A DNA stretch of 32,000 nt from Desulfotalea psychrophila LSv54 (GCF_000025945.1 NC_006138.1:570001-602000); one strand, 5' to 3'. Shown: positions 1-10,767, counted from the first letter of the stretch. The notes: generated by a model not told the origin, from the letters alone. Made by a program: numbers and translations.

Positions 1-94
1 CCGGGCCGGAGAGCACCATACCCGCCTCATAGGTGTCGAGAATCTCGTACTCATGGTAGGCCTTCTTGTTTTTACAAACTATCTTAATACCCAT
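1..94 (-). CDS. smpB: SsrA-binding protein SmpB, N-terminal fragment running off the window edge
   Basis: Minus-strand translation from the ATG at 94-92 gives [31 protein letters not shown], matching the conserved SmpB N-terminus (NRKAxHDYxIxxxxEAGxxLxGTEVKSLR). Confidence 0.85.
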
Positions 95-127
95 CTCTTT
101 CTATCCTCAACCCAGCAACCCGTCTTT

Positions 128-1651
128 CTAGGCGCTGAAGGGTTTAAAATTATCATCGGAGGTGACCCGCAGGACTTCTTCGCAAGTGGTTATCCCTGCC
201 TGTACCTTCTGCCAAGCATCCTCTCTTAAGGTAGTCATTCCCTCACGAATTGCAAGCTGTTCTACATCGCCACCCAGCTCACCAGTACCAATCAACCGTT
301 TCAGGGGCGGTGATACAGGAAAAATCTCGAAGATGCCACATCTGCCTCTATAGCCGGTACCACGGCACTCCCGACAGCCCTTGCCCCTCTTCAAACGCAT
401 CTCGCCATCGCCCTCGACAGGAAAGCCCATCCGCCGCAGCTCCTGACAACTCACCGAATACTCCTCGGCACAGGAGGTGCAAATAGTCTTGACCAGACGT
501 TGGGCCATACAGCCAAGCAGGGTGGAGGCAATCATAAATGGTTGCAGGCCCAGATCCTCAAGACGGGCCACTGCACTGGCGGCATCGTTGGTATGAAGGG
601 TGGAAAAGACCAGATGGCCGGTCATGGCCGCCTGGACCGCATGGGCCGCTGTTTCATGATCACGAATCTCCCCGATCATAATAATATCGGGATCCTGCCG
701 GAGAATATTACGCAGAATGGTTGAGAAGGTGACGTCGATCAGTGGCTGAACGGCAATTTGATTAAACTCCTCATAGACCATCTCCACAGGATCTTCAACG
801 GTGACAATATTCTTCTCTGAGCTGGAGATAGCCTTGAGGGTGGAGTAGAGGGTCGTCGATTTACCACTACCCGTCGGCCCGGTCACCAGGAAGATACCGT
901 GGGGGGCAGCTATACAACTATTATAGACATGCAAATCACGGGGAGAGAGACCAAGGCCCGAAATATCCTGAAAGATGACCGAGGGATCAAGGATACGCAT
1001 CACCACCTTTTCGCCAAAGGAGACGGGCACCGTCGACACCCGCACCTCAACCTCCAGATTATTCTTAGCTCCCAGTTTAATACGGCCATCCTGTGGTCTT
1101 CGTTTTTCTGCAATATCGAGACGGGCTAAAAATTTTATCCGAGAGATCAGGGCAGAGTGAACGGCCTTGGGCAGGGTATAGATGATATGGAGGGCCCCAT
1201 CTATACGAAAACGGACCATGGTCGTTTCCCGTTTGGGCTCAACATGGATATCACTGGCCCGCTGATCCAGGGCATACTGAAAGATATGGTTCAGAGCAGA
1301 CTTTATATGCTGATCAGAAGAGGTCAGCTCCTTGGTGGAAGATATCTTCACATACCTCTCAAGATTGCCTATATCCACAGACATATCATCCCGGAAGGAG
1401 CCACATTGACTCTCTGCCGCCGAGATAGAGCGTTGAAAACCAAAAAATTCCGACAGTATTTTCCGTATATCTGCCTTAGTGGCCAGACAGGCGGAAACCT
1501 GAAGCTGATTTGCCTGCTCAATATCATGCAGGACATCCTTACTATCGGGATGATAAACGGCCACCTTAAGATGAGTCCCCTTTTGCTCTATGGGCACAAT
1601 AAGATGGCGGGAGGCAAAGCTATAGGGGATTGTCTTGGTGACAATATTCAT
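128..1651 (-). CDS. GspE/PulE/PilB-family secretion or type IV pilus assembly ATPase (main body; probably the 3' part of a gene starting at 1950)
   Basis: Walker A GPTGSGKSTTLYS, HIDVEPKRETTMVRFRIDG, Asp/Walker B region DPDIIMIGEIRDHETA, tetracysteine region CTSC...CREC, FSTLHTNDA. Confidence 0.9.
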   Translation of the reverse strand: MNIVTKTIPYSFASRHLIVPIEQKGTHLKVAVYHPDSKDVLHDIEQANQLQVSACLATKADIRKILSEFFGFQRSISAAESQCGSFRDDMSVDIGNLERYVKISSTKELTSSDQHIKSALNHIFQYALDQRASDIHVEPKRETTMVRFRIDGALHIIYTLPKAVHSALISRIKFLARLDIAEKRRPQDGRIKLGAKNNLEVEVRVSTVPVSFGEKVVMRILDPSVIFQDISGLGLSPRDLHVYNSCIAAPHGIFLVTGPTGSGKSTTLYSTLKAISSSEKNIVTVEDPVEMVYEEFNQIAVQPLIDVTFSTILRNILRQDPDIIMIGEIRDHETAAHAVQAAMTGHLVFSTLHTNDAASAVARLEDLGLQPFMIASTLLGCMAQRLVKTICTSCAEEYSVSCQELRRMGFPVEGDGEMRLKRGKGCRECRGTGYRGRCGIFEIFPVSPPLKRLIGTGELGGDVEQLAIREGMTTLREDAWQKVQAGITTCEEVLRVTSDDNFKPFSA

Positions 1652-1950
1652 ATCAAGATCCAGAGGATCAAGCTTTTTAACTCCAGACGACGGGCATAAG
1701 CCACCGTCCGCATAATAAGCTCTTCATCCACCAACCTGCTCTTATCACCGCCACTCTGAAAATTAAATGCGGCGATCACATCAACGAGATCAACCCTATT
1801 CTTCTCTTCACGCTCTGCACGAGGCAGGGCCCTCAGTAATTTCTGCCGCTGTTTACCCTTTTCCAGACCAATAATATCCCGCTGTTTAGGGCTGATTATT
1901 TCCTGCTCCACGAGAAGGTCGAGCAGGGATTCGCTATTAATAAATTTCAT
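1648..1950 (-). CDS. N-terminal domain of the same GspE/PilB ATPase, separated by an apparent frameshift near 1674-1678
   Basis: LLVEQEIISPKQ...VDVIAAF...DEELIMRTVAYARRLELK resembles the N-terminal domain of GspE/PilB. Adding one A to the A5 run (minus strand) would read ...RRLELKKLDPLDLDMNIVTKTIPYSFASRHLIVPI in one frame. Confidence 0.65.
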   Translation of the reverse strand: MKFINSESLLDLLVEQEIISPKQRDIIGLEKGKQRQKLLRALPRAEREEKNRVDLVDVIAAFNFQSGGDKSRLVDEELIMRTVAYARRLELKSLILWILI

Positions 1951-2043
1951 CTATGACCCTCTTTATTTATAAAAACAAACCATGAGCATTCAATCATTTT
2001 ACCAATAGGCAGTTAAAGAAAAGAGACTGGGCCCCGCCACGGC

Positions 2044-3861
2044 TTAACTACCACCGGCGGCTGAGTCCAAATAATTCTGGCCCAAAAACATCTCTATTCT
2101 CTGCCTATAATAATCCGCCCTATCTGGATCTCCGCGCAGGGCAAGACGCTCTGTCTGTACGGCAAGCCCCTTTCTACCCGTAGCCCAATATGCAGTGGCC
2201 AGGGTATCGAGAATATGGCTCTGCTGAGAGAGAAAGGCAGCCGTTTCCGCTAAAGCCAGGGCCCTTTCAGGATCACGCAGTTCCCTGCCCTCCACGGTAA
2301 GGAGAAGCCAGGAGAGGTTATTGAGCAGTTCTGCATTCTTAGGATCTAAGGCAACCGTCTTTTCATAGGCGGCAAGGGCCTGTTCTGTTCTCTTTTGGCT
2401 GAGGTAGACGTCTCCCAGCAGATGCTGCCAGAGAACATTATTTGGCTCCTCAGCGGCCTTATGAATAATGGTGGCAATGGCATATTTTTCCTTATACTCA
2501 AGCTCCATCTTTTCAACAGAAATAGAGTTTAAAAGAAAAAAGAGGAGGGTCGCACCGATAAAATAGGAGGCCAGACAGCAGGCCAAAATACGATTATGCC
2601 TCTTAACCCGAGAAGCATCCACCTCAGCCTGAGCCAGACAATCTATACGTTGGCCCAAGCCAAAGTGATGCCAACTCGGCTCCTCTCGTTTTGTCCCGGT
2701 AAAGAGAGAAATTTTTTCAAAGGCTGCGATCAGGGGAGAGGCAGAGCCCATAACAGAGATGGTATAGAGATCCGCCTGTCTCTCAAAGTTACGAATAAAA
2801 AAACCAAAAAAATATCTGAAGTAGAGGACGAGAAGAAGCACAAGAGGAATGCCGCTGGCAAGAGAGGCAAGGTTCTCCGAATCCACCCTGCCCGAAACCG
2901 CAAGGGCCATAACGGGCGGCAGACTGAGGACGGTATAGAGTAGAGGCTCTATCAGCCAACCAACGATGACACTAAAACCAAGAATGAGACAAATGTAGAA
3001 GAAGATATGTCCACGTTTGACATGGGCTATTTCATGGGCCATAATAGCGTCCAGTTCGTCACTATCCATGGTCTCGATAATTGCCGGGGTCAAGAGAATA
3101 TAGCGAAGGCCAGGGATAACGCCCACTACACCCGCCGTCATGGCCCTACCCTCCAGCAGGGGCCAGATAAAATACTGGGCAGAAAATTTCTGCCGGGCGC
3201 AGAATCGATCCAAATGGTCACGCAGAGGACCTGCCGGCAGAGGGGTGCATCTCCACAATCTACGAATAAGAGGCGGTAAGAGCAGGAGGACAAAGACAAA
3301 GAAGAGAGCAAAGAGATACAGCTCTCCCCGCTCACCGACAAAGATATTTTCCGCACCGGAAATGGGTAGCCCCTGAACAATATCCACTGCCAGGGAAAAT
3401 ATCATCCAGGGCAAAATAATGGGCAGACTACTGCCAATATTAGCGACAATAAATCGCCACCGCCCCTGGCCGCCGCCGGTAATACGGGCATGACAGGCAC
3501 TTCCCTCTGCCCACATGACGGCCAGAAGAAAAAGGAAAAAACAGAGGGCAGCAATATCTGCCAGGGCCGGCAAATGCCCCGCCAGGGAAAAAAACTGAAA
3601 ATAATACTTCAGGTTAAACAGATAAAAGCCCAGCCCATAAAAGACCAGAGCAATAATTGAAAGCCTCCTCTCAGTCTGCAGATAGCTGCCGACCCCAGCG
3701 CCTGCCAACCGTCTAAAGAGACGGCGACAGATACCTCTATAGCCTATAACCAGAGCCATAAGGGCAAGGAGGGGCCAGAGGGAAGAACCCGTCGGTTCAA
3801 TATTGGGGCTGAAACTAAAGATAAAGATAGCCACCAAAAAATATATGAAATTGTTATACAT
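2044..3861 (-). CDS. M48-family membrane zinc metalloprotease with C-terminal TPR region
   Basis: Zinc-binding motif HEIAH in DAIMAHEIAHVKRGH; several hydrophobic segments; C-terminal TPR-like repeats (NNVLWQHLLGDVYLSQKRTEQALAAYEKTVALDPKNAELLNNLSWLLL). Confidence 0.85.
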   Translation of the reverse strand: MYNNFIYFLVAIFIFSFSPNIEPTGSSLWPLLALMALVIGYRGICRRLFRRLAGAGVGSYLQTERRLSIIALVFYGLGFYLFNLKYYFQFFSLAGHLPALADIAALCFFLFLLAVMWAEGSACHARITGGGQGRWRFIVANIGSSLPIILPWMIFSLAVDIVQGLPISGAENIFVGERGELYLFALFFVFVLLLLPPLIRRLWRCTPLPAGPLRDHLDRFCARQKFSAQYFIWPLLEGRAMTAGVVGVIPGLRYILLTPAIIETMDSDELDAIMAHEIAHVKRGHIFFYICLILGFSVIVGWLIEPLLYTVLSLPPVMALAVSGRVDSENLASLASGIPLVLLLVLYFRYFFGFFIRNFERQADLYTISVMGSASPLIAAFEKISLFTGTKREEPSWHHFGLGQRIDCLAQAEVDASRVKRHNRILACCLASYFIGATLLFFLLNSISVEKMELEYKEKYAIATIIHKAAEEPNNVLWQHLLGDVYLSQKRTEQALAAYEKTVALDPKNAELLNNLSWLLLTVEGRELRDPERALALAETAAFLSQQSHILDTLATAYWATGRKGLAVQTERLALRGDPDRADYYRQRIEMFLGQNYLDSAAGGS

Positions 3862-3879
3862 AAAACCAACTCTCCGTTT

Positions 3880-6800
3880 TTAAAGCAGGCGACAGCCAGG
3901 GCCCTGAATGGAGCTCCTGCCTCCAGAAAGAGGCATCACCTGTATTTGCGTTGCTATCCGTTCTTTAAGGGCGGGGACATGGGAAATAACGCCGATAAGT
4001 TTATCTTCCTGCCGCAGACCAGCAAGCGTCTCCAGGGCAACCTCCAGAGCGTCATCATCCAGGGTGCCAAATCCCTCATCAAGAAAAAGAGAATCCACCC
4101 GCACCTTGCGACTGGCCATAGAGGAGAGCCCTAGAGCAAGGGCCAGACTGACAATAAAGCTCTCACCACCGGAGAGGTTTTTAGTCGAGCGCAGATCACC
4201 GCCCTGATAGTTATCCACAACCTGCAGTTCCAGAGGCTTTTCCGCATCACGGATAAGCAGATAACGATCTGTCATCTTCACCAGTTGGCGGTTGGCCTGA
4301 TGCACCATCAGTTCAAAGGTCAACCCTTGCGCAAAATCACGATATTTTTTACCGTCGGCGGAACCGATCAGTTCATGAAGCAGATCCCAACGGCCGCACT
4401 CTTTTTTCTGTGCCTCGATGGCGGGTTGCTTTTCCTTAATCCGCTCCTTGATTGCTCTATTCTCGTTCAGCCTGTGCCTGAAACCGGCAATGGCATCGCC
4501 TAATTCTTTCAGGGATTCTCCATACTCTTTGAACTGCGCCTCCAGCTCTTCAAGAGATTTATCAGTAAGCTTCTTTGCTATTTCGGAGGCCAAGCGCGTC
4601 TCCCGGTCTTTCTGCCTGCCCTTCAGTTCCGTCCCAGCATCATCCAGTTTCCTTGCCCGGTAAGACAAGGCTTCCCGCTCATTATTTGTCAGCCTGGCCT
4701 CAAGGAACTGTTTTTCCTCTGCAAAGCCCGCCGGTTCCAGTGCTGTTGAGAAGTCTGTTTCCGCTTTTTTTAGATCCGGCTCTCTTTGCTCAATACGTTT
4801 TCCCAGGGATTCAACATGGGCCCTTGCAGTCGTTAGTTTCTCCTGCAGTCCACTGTTCAGGCTTCTGGCTCTCTTTTCCGCTTTCTCGGCATCCGCAATA
4901 GCCTCGTTCAGACGGCCTTCTTGATCGGCGGGATTTTTGTCGCCATACAGTTTCTTGCGTTGATCCGTTCCATCGGCATGTTCCCGTTGAAGCCGTTTCA
5001 GGTTTTCCTGCTTTTCATTCAGAGCCGCGCTTTGAATTTCAATCACGGCAGTAAGACGCTTCATCTCACTGTTGATGGTAGCGATCTGTTTTTCGATGTC
5101 ACTCTTTTGCCAGACCTGTTCCTGCCATTTTTTCTGCCGTGACTTGAGAGATTCGAGCAGTGATGAGACTTGAGCCTCCGGTATTTCCGTGATGCCAAGC
5201 GGCTGAAGCTTCCCTGATACCGCCAGCTTCAGTTCTTTGAATCCGCTCCGGAATTTTTCCAAACCACCCTGCAATTCCGTGAAATCTTTTTCAACGGCCC
5301 TCTTATCGTTGGCTACATTGCTTTCCAGCTTTTCGCTGTTCTCCAGATCTCTGCGGGCAGTGGTTTGTGCTTCTTCCAGTTTTTTGACGATAGCCTCCTG
5401 ATCCTCTGCCCTAGAGATCAGCCTGGTCAGTAACTCGATCTTCTGCTCGTTTTCATCGGGAACCGGTACATTACCCTCGGCAAAAGGATGCTCGGTTGAA
5501 CCGCAGAGCGGACAAGGTTTGCCATCTTCCAGCTTAGCCCGGTGATCTTCAAGCTCCTCGATCTTTCTGATGTATGCGATTTCACGTAGCAGGGTCTCCT
5601 TTTCGGTGCGATATTCCCGGAGCAAGTTATCGCCCAGTAATTCGCTCAAGGTATCCTTGCCTTGCCGAAGATTTCCTGCGGCATCCTCAAGCTTCTGCCT
5701 ACGGATGGCGCTCTGCTTTGTGGTATCCTCCAGCTTCTTTGCCGCTTCTACCATGGCAGTAGCAGCATTTTTGAGATCGGTTTCTTTCTGAGTAATCTCC
5801 CCTTGTCTGGCGAGTAGGTTGCCGAACTGTTCTTCGATGCCTGCCAGACCACTGATCAGCCATTCATCCTGTGCATGCTCTTTGAGGTATTGTTCTGCAA
5901 GCTCCAGTGATCTTCCAGCCCCAGTCCGCTTTTCCTGTTCTTTCACCCAGGTCTGCCTGTCCGTCTCAATCTTTGCTGCTTCCCTGCTACAGGTCTCATC
6001 GCCTTCCGAAACAGCCTTTGCCCGGTCCGTAATCTGTTGATCAAGAGATCGAATTTTCTGAATCAAAGGTGCTGCCGATTTCAAATTCTCTTTTGTTTTG
6101 AGGGTGAGTTGTTCGGTGCTTTTAAGGGCTTCAGCTTGCGTATTTGTCGATGTCTCCAGTTCAGGAAACGCGGCGTCCTCTTTTTTCAATGCAGCCTGAT
6201 CTTCAGACTGCTGTTTGCGGAGGGCGGTGAGGCTTGCATATGTCCCATCCAGCGAAGCAGCTCTGACGGCCTGTTCAAGTTTACCACGTTTCGGCTTGAA
6301 AGTTTCAACCTCGGTTTGCAGTTTTGCCGCCTCATCCGTAAGGCTATCTATTTCCCTTTGCAGGCCTTCGGTGGTGGCAAGCCATGTAATGGCTTTGCCG
6401 GTTTCGGTTGATTTAGCGACAAGCTCAGTCCCCTGTTTCTGCTTTGCCTCAAGATTCTGCTCAATCTCTTTTTCCTGTTCCGGCTCTAGAGTCACAATGC
6501 TGGAAGTTTCGGCCTGCAACAAGTTCAGATTTTCCCGCTCATCACGCCAACGCTCATGCACCCTCTGCGAGATGGTACTGTATATCTCCGTACCGGTAAT
6601 CTGTTCAAGAATGGGACTGCGCTTATCACCGGCCGCCTTCAAGAAGGTATCAAAGCCTCCCTGGGCCAGGAGAATAGAACGGGTGAACTGCTGAAAATCC
6701 ATCCCCGTCACCTCTGCCACCACCTTGGGAACATTGCTCTTTTTCGACTCTATGATCTGACCACTGCTGACATCGGCTATTTCATGTCTCTGATCGGCAA

Positions 6801-7125
6801 GCTTAGCACCCGGTTTTTTTCGGGCCCGATGCTGCCCCCAGTGACAGGAGAAGATTCCCGCCTGGGTACTGAAGACAATCTCGGCAAAACATTCACCCGT
6901 CTGTCGGGACATGATCTCGTTGGTCGTCTTATTTACCTTGTCCAGGCGGGGGGTTTTGCCATAGAGGGCAAGACAGATGGCATCAAGGATGGTTGATTTA
7001 CCGGCCCCCGTCGGCCCGGTAATGGCAAAAATACCATCGGCCAGATATTCGGCAGCGGTAAAATCAATGGCCCACTCCCCCACCAGGGAGTTGAGGTTCT
7101 TAAATCGAAGTTGTAATATTTTCAT
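3880..7125 (-). CDS. sbcC: Exonuclease SbcCD subunit C (SMC-like ATPase)
   Basis: Start MKILQLRFKNLNSLVGEWAIDFTAAEYLADGIFAITGPTGAGKSTILDAICLALYG; long coiled coil; zinc-hook CPLCGS; C-terminal GGESFIVSLALALGLS and DSLFLDEGFGTLD. The track ORF extends to 7281, but 7125 is the natural start. Confidence 0.93.
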   Translation of the reverse strand: MKILQLRFKNLNSLVGEWAIDFTAAEYLADGIFAITGPTGAGKSTILDAICLALYGKTPRLDKVNKTTNEIMSRQTGECFAEIVFSTQAGIFSCHWGQHRARKKPGAKLADQRHEIADVSSGQIIESKKSNVPKVVAEVTGMDFQQFTRSILLAQGGFDTFLKAAGDKRSPILEQITGTEIYSTISQRVHERWRDERENLNLLQAETSSIVTLEPEQEKEIEQNLEAKQKQGTELVAKSTETGKAITWLATTEGLQREIDSLTDEAAKLQTEVETFKPKRGKLEQAVRAASLDGTYASLTALRKQQSEDQAALKKEDAAFPELETSTNTQAEALKSTEQLTLKTKENLKSAAPLIQKIRSLDQQITDRAKAVSEGDETCSREAAKIETDRQTWVKEQEKRTGAGRSLELAEQYLKEHAQDEWLISGLAGIEEQFGNLLARQGEITQKETDLKNAATAMVEAAKKLEDTTKQSAIRRQKLEDAAGNLRQGKDTLSELLGDNLLREYRTEKETLLREIAYIRKIEELEDHRAKLEDGKPCPLCGSTEHPFAEGNVPVPDENEQKIELLTRLISRAEDQEAIVKKLEEAQTTARRDLENSEKLESNVANDKRAVEKDFTELQGGLEKFRSGFKELKLAVSGKLQPLGITEIPEAQVSSLLESLKSRQKKWQEQVWQKSDIEKQIATINSEMKRLTAVIEIQSAALNEKQENLKRLQREHADGTDQRKKLYGDKNPADQEGRLNEAIADAEKAEKRARSLNSGLQEKLTTARAHVESLGKRIEQREPDLKKAETDFSTALEPAGFAEEKQFLEARLTNNEREALSYRARKLDDAGTELKGRQKDRETRLASEIAKKLTDKSLEELEAQFKEYGESLKELGDAIAGFRHRLNENRAIKERIKEKQPAIEAQKKECGRWDLLHELIGSADGKKYRDFAQGLTFELMVHQANRQLVKMTDRYLLIRDAEKPLELQVVDNYQGGDLRSTKNLSGGESFIVSLALALGLSSMASRKVRVDSLFLDEGFGTLDDDALEVALETLAGLRQEDKLIGVISHVPALKERIATQIQVMPLSGGRSSIQGPGCRLL

Positions 7126-7141
7126 AGTATCAGAGGCACTC

Positions 7142-8380
7142 CTACTCCCTATTCTCGTCCTTTTCCAACAGATCCCGGACAATTTCGCCATAACTCGCCG
7201 CCAGTTCAGCCCGCGTCCCCTCATCAAGATCGTAGGCACTGAGACAACGGTCAAAGACCTCCTCCAGACCAAGATCATCAAGGCTCTCCTCGTCCTCTAG
7301 CTGACAGAGAATCTGCTCGCGAATATTCAAATTCTTAATCCGCAGCACTGTAACCTGACTCCCCTCAAGGGCAGACTCTATCTGCTGACGAAGATCGGCA
7401 ACGGGTAGCTCGCCAGTATACTCCACCTGCAACCAGAGACTCCCCTCTGCCTGCCGGTATTCGGCAAGACGGATGAGTATCTCTTCTAGCGAACCAGATA
7501 CCGTCGCCAACTGTTGAAAACAAGGGACGGCGACAAGCTCCAAACGAGGAGGAGCCTCTACGCCCGGTAGAAACTCTGCCTCCACCACAATTTTTTGTTG
7601 GCTCGCCTCACCAAATCCCATGGGCAGGGGGGAACCCGAATAGCGAATCACCTCACTGCCGGCAACCCTCTGCGGAACATGGAGATGGCCCAGGGCCAGA
7701 TAGTCAAGGTGGCAAGAGATGGCGGCCGCCTCGACGGAGGCAAGGGTGCCCACATAGAGATCACGCACCCCATCGCCATCAACGGTTTTACCGCCAATGG
7801 TAAAGAGATGGCCCATGCCAATGATTGGTATATACCTCTCCTCCTGTCGCTGTTTCTCCAGGGCTATTGCCACCACCTGCTGATAATGCTCTTCAATGCC
7901 GGCAATAAGACGCAGTTGCTTATCGGCACAGGATTCACCGAGGACAAGCGTTCGCACATCACGGTCCCGCAGATAGGGAACGGCACAGACCAGAGCCTCC
8001 ACCTGCCCCGTCCCATCCCTTAGGGCAATGACCTCCTCCTCGGGCAGAGCTGTTTTAGCGCCAACCACATGAACATCAAGGGCTCGAAGCAACTCCTTGG
8101 GAGCATCCAAAAAAGAGGGAGAATCATGATTACCGCCAATTATAACAATGTGGTGACAGCAGGAGCCTGCCACCCGGCAGAGAAAGGCATAGTAGAGCTC
8201 CTGAGCCCTGTTGCTGGGAGTAGAGGTATCAAAGATATCGCCTGCCACCAGCAGGGTATCGACCTCCCTCTCCATGATGGTTTCAGCGAGCCAGTCTAAA
8301 AAGAGGGCAAATTCCCGGTAACGTTTATGGCCATAGAGGCTTCGTCCCAGATGCCAGTCAGAGGTATGGAGAAATTTCAT
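7142..8380 (-). CDS. sbcD: Exonuclease SbcCD subunit D (metallophosphoesterase nuclease)
   Basis: MKFLHTSDWHLGRSLYGHKRYREF, LLVAGDIFDT, IIGGNHDSP, LGHLHVPQ; directly upstream of sbcC on the same strand. Confidence 0.93.
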   Translation of the reverse strand: MKFLHTSDWHLGRSLYGHKRYREFALFLDWLAETIMEREVDTLLVAGDIFDTSTPSNRAQELYYAFLCRVAGSCCHHIVIIGGNHDSPSFLDAPKELLRALDVHVVGAKTALPEEEVIALRDGTGQVEALVCAVPYLRDRDVRTLVLGESCADKQLRLIAGIEEHYQQVVAIALEKQRQEERYIPIIGMGHLFTIGGKTVDGDGVRDLYVGTLASVEAAAISCHLDYLALGHLHVPQRVAGSEVIRYSGSPLPMGFGEASQQKIVVEAEFLPGVEAPPRLELVAVPCFQQLATVSGSLEEILIRLAEYRQAEGSLWLQVEYTGELPVADLRQQIESALEGSQVTVLRIKNLNIREQILCQLEDEESLDDLGLEEVFDRCLSAYDLDEGTRAELAASYGEIVRDLLEKDENRE

Positions 8381-8966
8381 ATCGTTATATCTGCTATAGA
8401 TTGCAAAATCTAAAATGTTCTTTGATGTTTAGTGACTTAGAATATTTTTTATTACCAGAGGCGAAGAGCTCGGTGGTAAACATTAACAGGCTACTCGCAT
8501 CCAGCCCTTATGGCAAAACATCCGTGCCCCTTTCTGCTACACTGTAAGTAGTAGAGGCCAATCAAGCTGGAAAGAAAAACTTCTAGCAAATTTTTCCGCC
8601 ATCCTGAGCAGCCAAGAAGCAATCTAGCCTATCTCTCTTTGAACTGCAGGGGAATATTATACTCAGGCTGGCTTCTCATCAGCATTGGCATACCGGTACC
8701 GTGGGAACAATTTCAGCAGGCATCAAGGAGACGCCCGTAGATCAGCCACAATTCTGAAAACAACTGAGGACTGCATATCTGGCAGGCATTACTCCTAAGC
8801 AAAGATCAGGACTGGAATACGGCAAAAGAGGTGTCAAAACCAATAAAAACGGAGAAAAAAGATCTATGCTTAAGATTAAATTTACTAATCAAGTTTTCAT
8901 GCTTATATTTCTAAGGTCGGCCTGAGAACAAGAAGCGCGACGGATCTTCTCTTTATAAAAAACACT

Positions 8967-9683
8967 ATGGTGGATATCTTGAAAGTCGGAATTATTGCAG
9001 CAATGGAGGAAGAACTTACACTCTTAGTTGATCGCCTCGATAACTGTGAGGAAGTACAGCTAGGTCATTGTAAGTATTACACTGGCCAGATCAATGGAGT
9101 TGAGGTTGGACTCATGCGCTGTGGCATTGGCAAGGTAAATGCAGCGATAGGCACCACTCTAATGATAGATAAGCTGAAACCAAAATGCCTTATCAACACC
9201 GGCGTTGCCGGCGGCTTTATCAATGAGATGAACGTTGGTGATATTGTTATCTCCTCATCCGTTCGCCACCACGATGCCGACGCCACTGCCTTTGGCTATG
9301 AGTTGGGACAGATCCCCGACATGCCCTCAGAATTCCAAGCTGACAGGCGACTGGTTGAGATGGCCACCAAGGTTAACCTGAAGAGCAAGGCCCGTATCTT
9401 CGAAGGACCGGTCTTCTCAGGCGACTCCTTTATCCATACCACGGAACAGGTGGAAAATATTCTGAAAAATTTTCCCCAGATCATGGCGGTGGAGATGGAA
9501 GGTGCATCCATTGCCCAAACCAGCCATCTCTTTAATATCCCTTTTGTCCTGATCCGCTCTATCTCTGATAAGGTCCGCGAAACAAAAAGTGCCGATACCT
9601 ATACCCAATCCATGGAAGAATCTGCCAAAAACTCCGTACAGGTTGTTTTCGAAATGGTTGAGCAACTCAAGGAGGGAATGTAA
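8967..9683 (+). CDS. mtnN: 5'-methylthioadenosine/S-adenosylhomocysteine nucleosidase
   Basis: KVGIIAAMEEELTLLVDRL, GIGKVNAAIGTTLMI, NTGVAGG, GDSFI, VEMEGASIAQ, RSISDK are diagnostic MTA/SAH nucleosidase motifs. Confidence 0.92.
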   Translation: MVDILKVGIIAAMEEELTLLVDRLDNCEEVQLGHCKYYTGQINGVEVGLMRCGIGKVNAAIGTTLMIDKLKPKCLINTGVAGGFINEMNVGDIVISSSVRHHDADATAFGYELGQIPDMPSEFQADRRLVEMATKVNLKSKARIFEGPVFSGDSFIHTTEQVENILKNFPQIMAVEMEGASIAQTSHLFNIPFVLIRSISDKVRETKSADTYTQSMEESAKNSVQVVFEMVEQLKEGM

Positions 9684-10163
9684 ATGGAAAAGATAGCAAG
9701 TTTCACCATCGACCACACCAAACTCAAGCGTGGAGTCTATGTCTCCCGCCAGGACAAGGTCGCAGGCAATGTAATAACCACCTTTGATCTCCGTCTCAAA
9801 GAGCCCAATAATGAGCCAGCACTTGACGGGGCAGCTAGCCATACCATCGAACATATTGGTGCCACATTTCTGCGCAACCATAAGACATGGGCTGACAGAA
9901 CAATCTATTTTGGCCCCATGGGATGCCAAACAGGGTTTTACCTCATCCTCGCTGGCGACTGGAAGGCCAAGGACATTGTACCCCTGATGCAGGAAATGTT
10001 TGCTTATGTTGCCCAATTTACAGGAACTATTCCTGGAGAGAGTGCCGTTGAGTGTGGTAATTTCCGTTTTATGGATCTGATCCAAGCCAAAGAGGAAGCA
10101 GGAAAATACTTTACTGAAGTTCTGGACAATATTGCAGAAAAGAACCTGTCCTATCCCTCCTAG
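9684..10163 (+). CDS. luxS: S-ribosylhomocysteine lyase LuxS (AI-2 synthesis)
   Basis: [16 protein letters not shown], zinc motif [34 protein letters not shown]; immediately follows mtnN. Confidence 0.95.
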   Translation: MEKIASFTIDHTKLKRGVYVSRQDKVAGNVITTFDLRLKEPNNEPALDGAASHTIEHIGATFLRNHKTWADRTIYFGPMGCQTGFYLILAGDWKAKDIVPLMQEMFAYVAQFTGTIPGESAVECGNFRFMDLIQAKEEAGKYFTEVLDNIAEKNLSYPS

Positions 10164-10175
10164 AAGAGAGACATT

Positions 10176-10625
10176 CTATCCCCGCCTTTTAGAGAACATT
10201 TTTTTGTTCCCTGAATAGTGGGGATCCAACTCATAGATATTTGCAATCTGTCTATGCGTTCGCTTTATTTTTGAAATACGCCTGTCCTGACGTAAAATAT
10301 TCCTTCCGGCACGATATACCAAATACCCCCCCAGCCCCACAAATACGGCGAGGAGGCAATAGAGAAGTACGACCAGAGAGAATACATCTGAGATGTGATA
10401 CTGTTTGGAGGTTGCAACCAACAGTCCCAAAACGGAGAGAGGCAGGGCAAGAGTTACAATTCCTATTTTCATCATGGCCAGCGAGGTACGCTTTTCCGCA
10501 AGCACACTCAAGATCTGAGCCGAAGCCTCCGCCACGTTTCTATCATCTTCTTTCTGCTTTTCACTCTCTCTCATAACCGATCCGCACCGTTTTTCCCGCC
10601 TGAGCAACCTTTCCGTATCACCCAT
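10176..10625 (-). CDS. DUF202-like small membrane protein
   Basis: AEKRTSLAMMKIGIVTLALPLSVLGLLVATSKQYH followed by further hydrophobic segments; resembles the DUF202 RTxLAxxRTG pattern. Confidence 0.6.
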   Translation of the reverse strand: MGDTERLLRREKRCGSVMRESEKQKEDDRNVAEASAQILSVLAEKRTSLAMMKIGIVTLALPLSVLGLLVATSKQYHISDVFSLVVLLYCLLAVFVGLGGYLVYRAGRNILRQDRRISKIKRTHRQIANIYELDPHYSGNKKMFSKRRG

Positions 10626-10767
10626 CCTATGGCAAGGCTATACCGAAACCACTCAGAATATTATCTATCAATAGCCCACAAGAACTCAAGATCCCATCAT
10701 CCTTCTAAACAAGGAAGCTATAAGAATAGCATCTTAGACTAAATACGCAAGCGCTAGAGACAATAGG

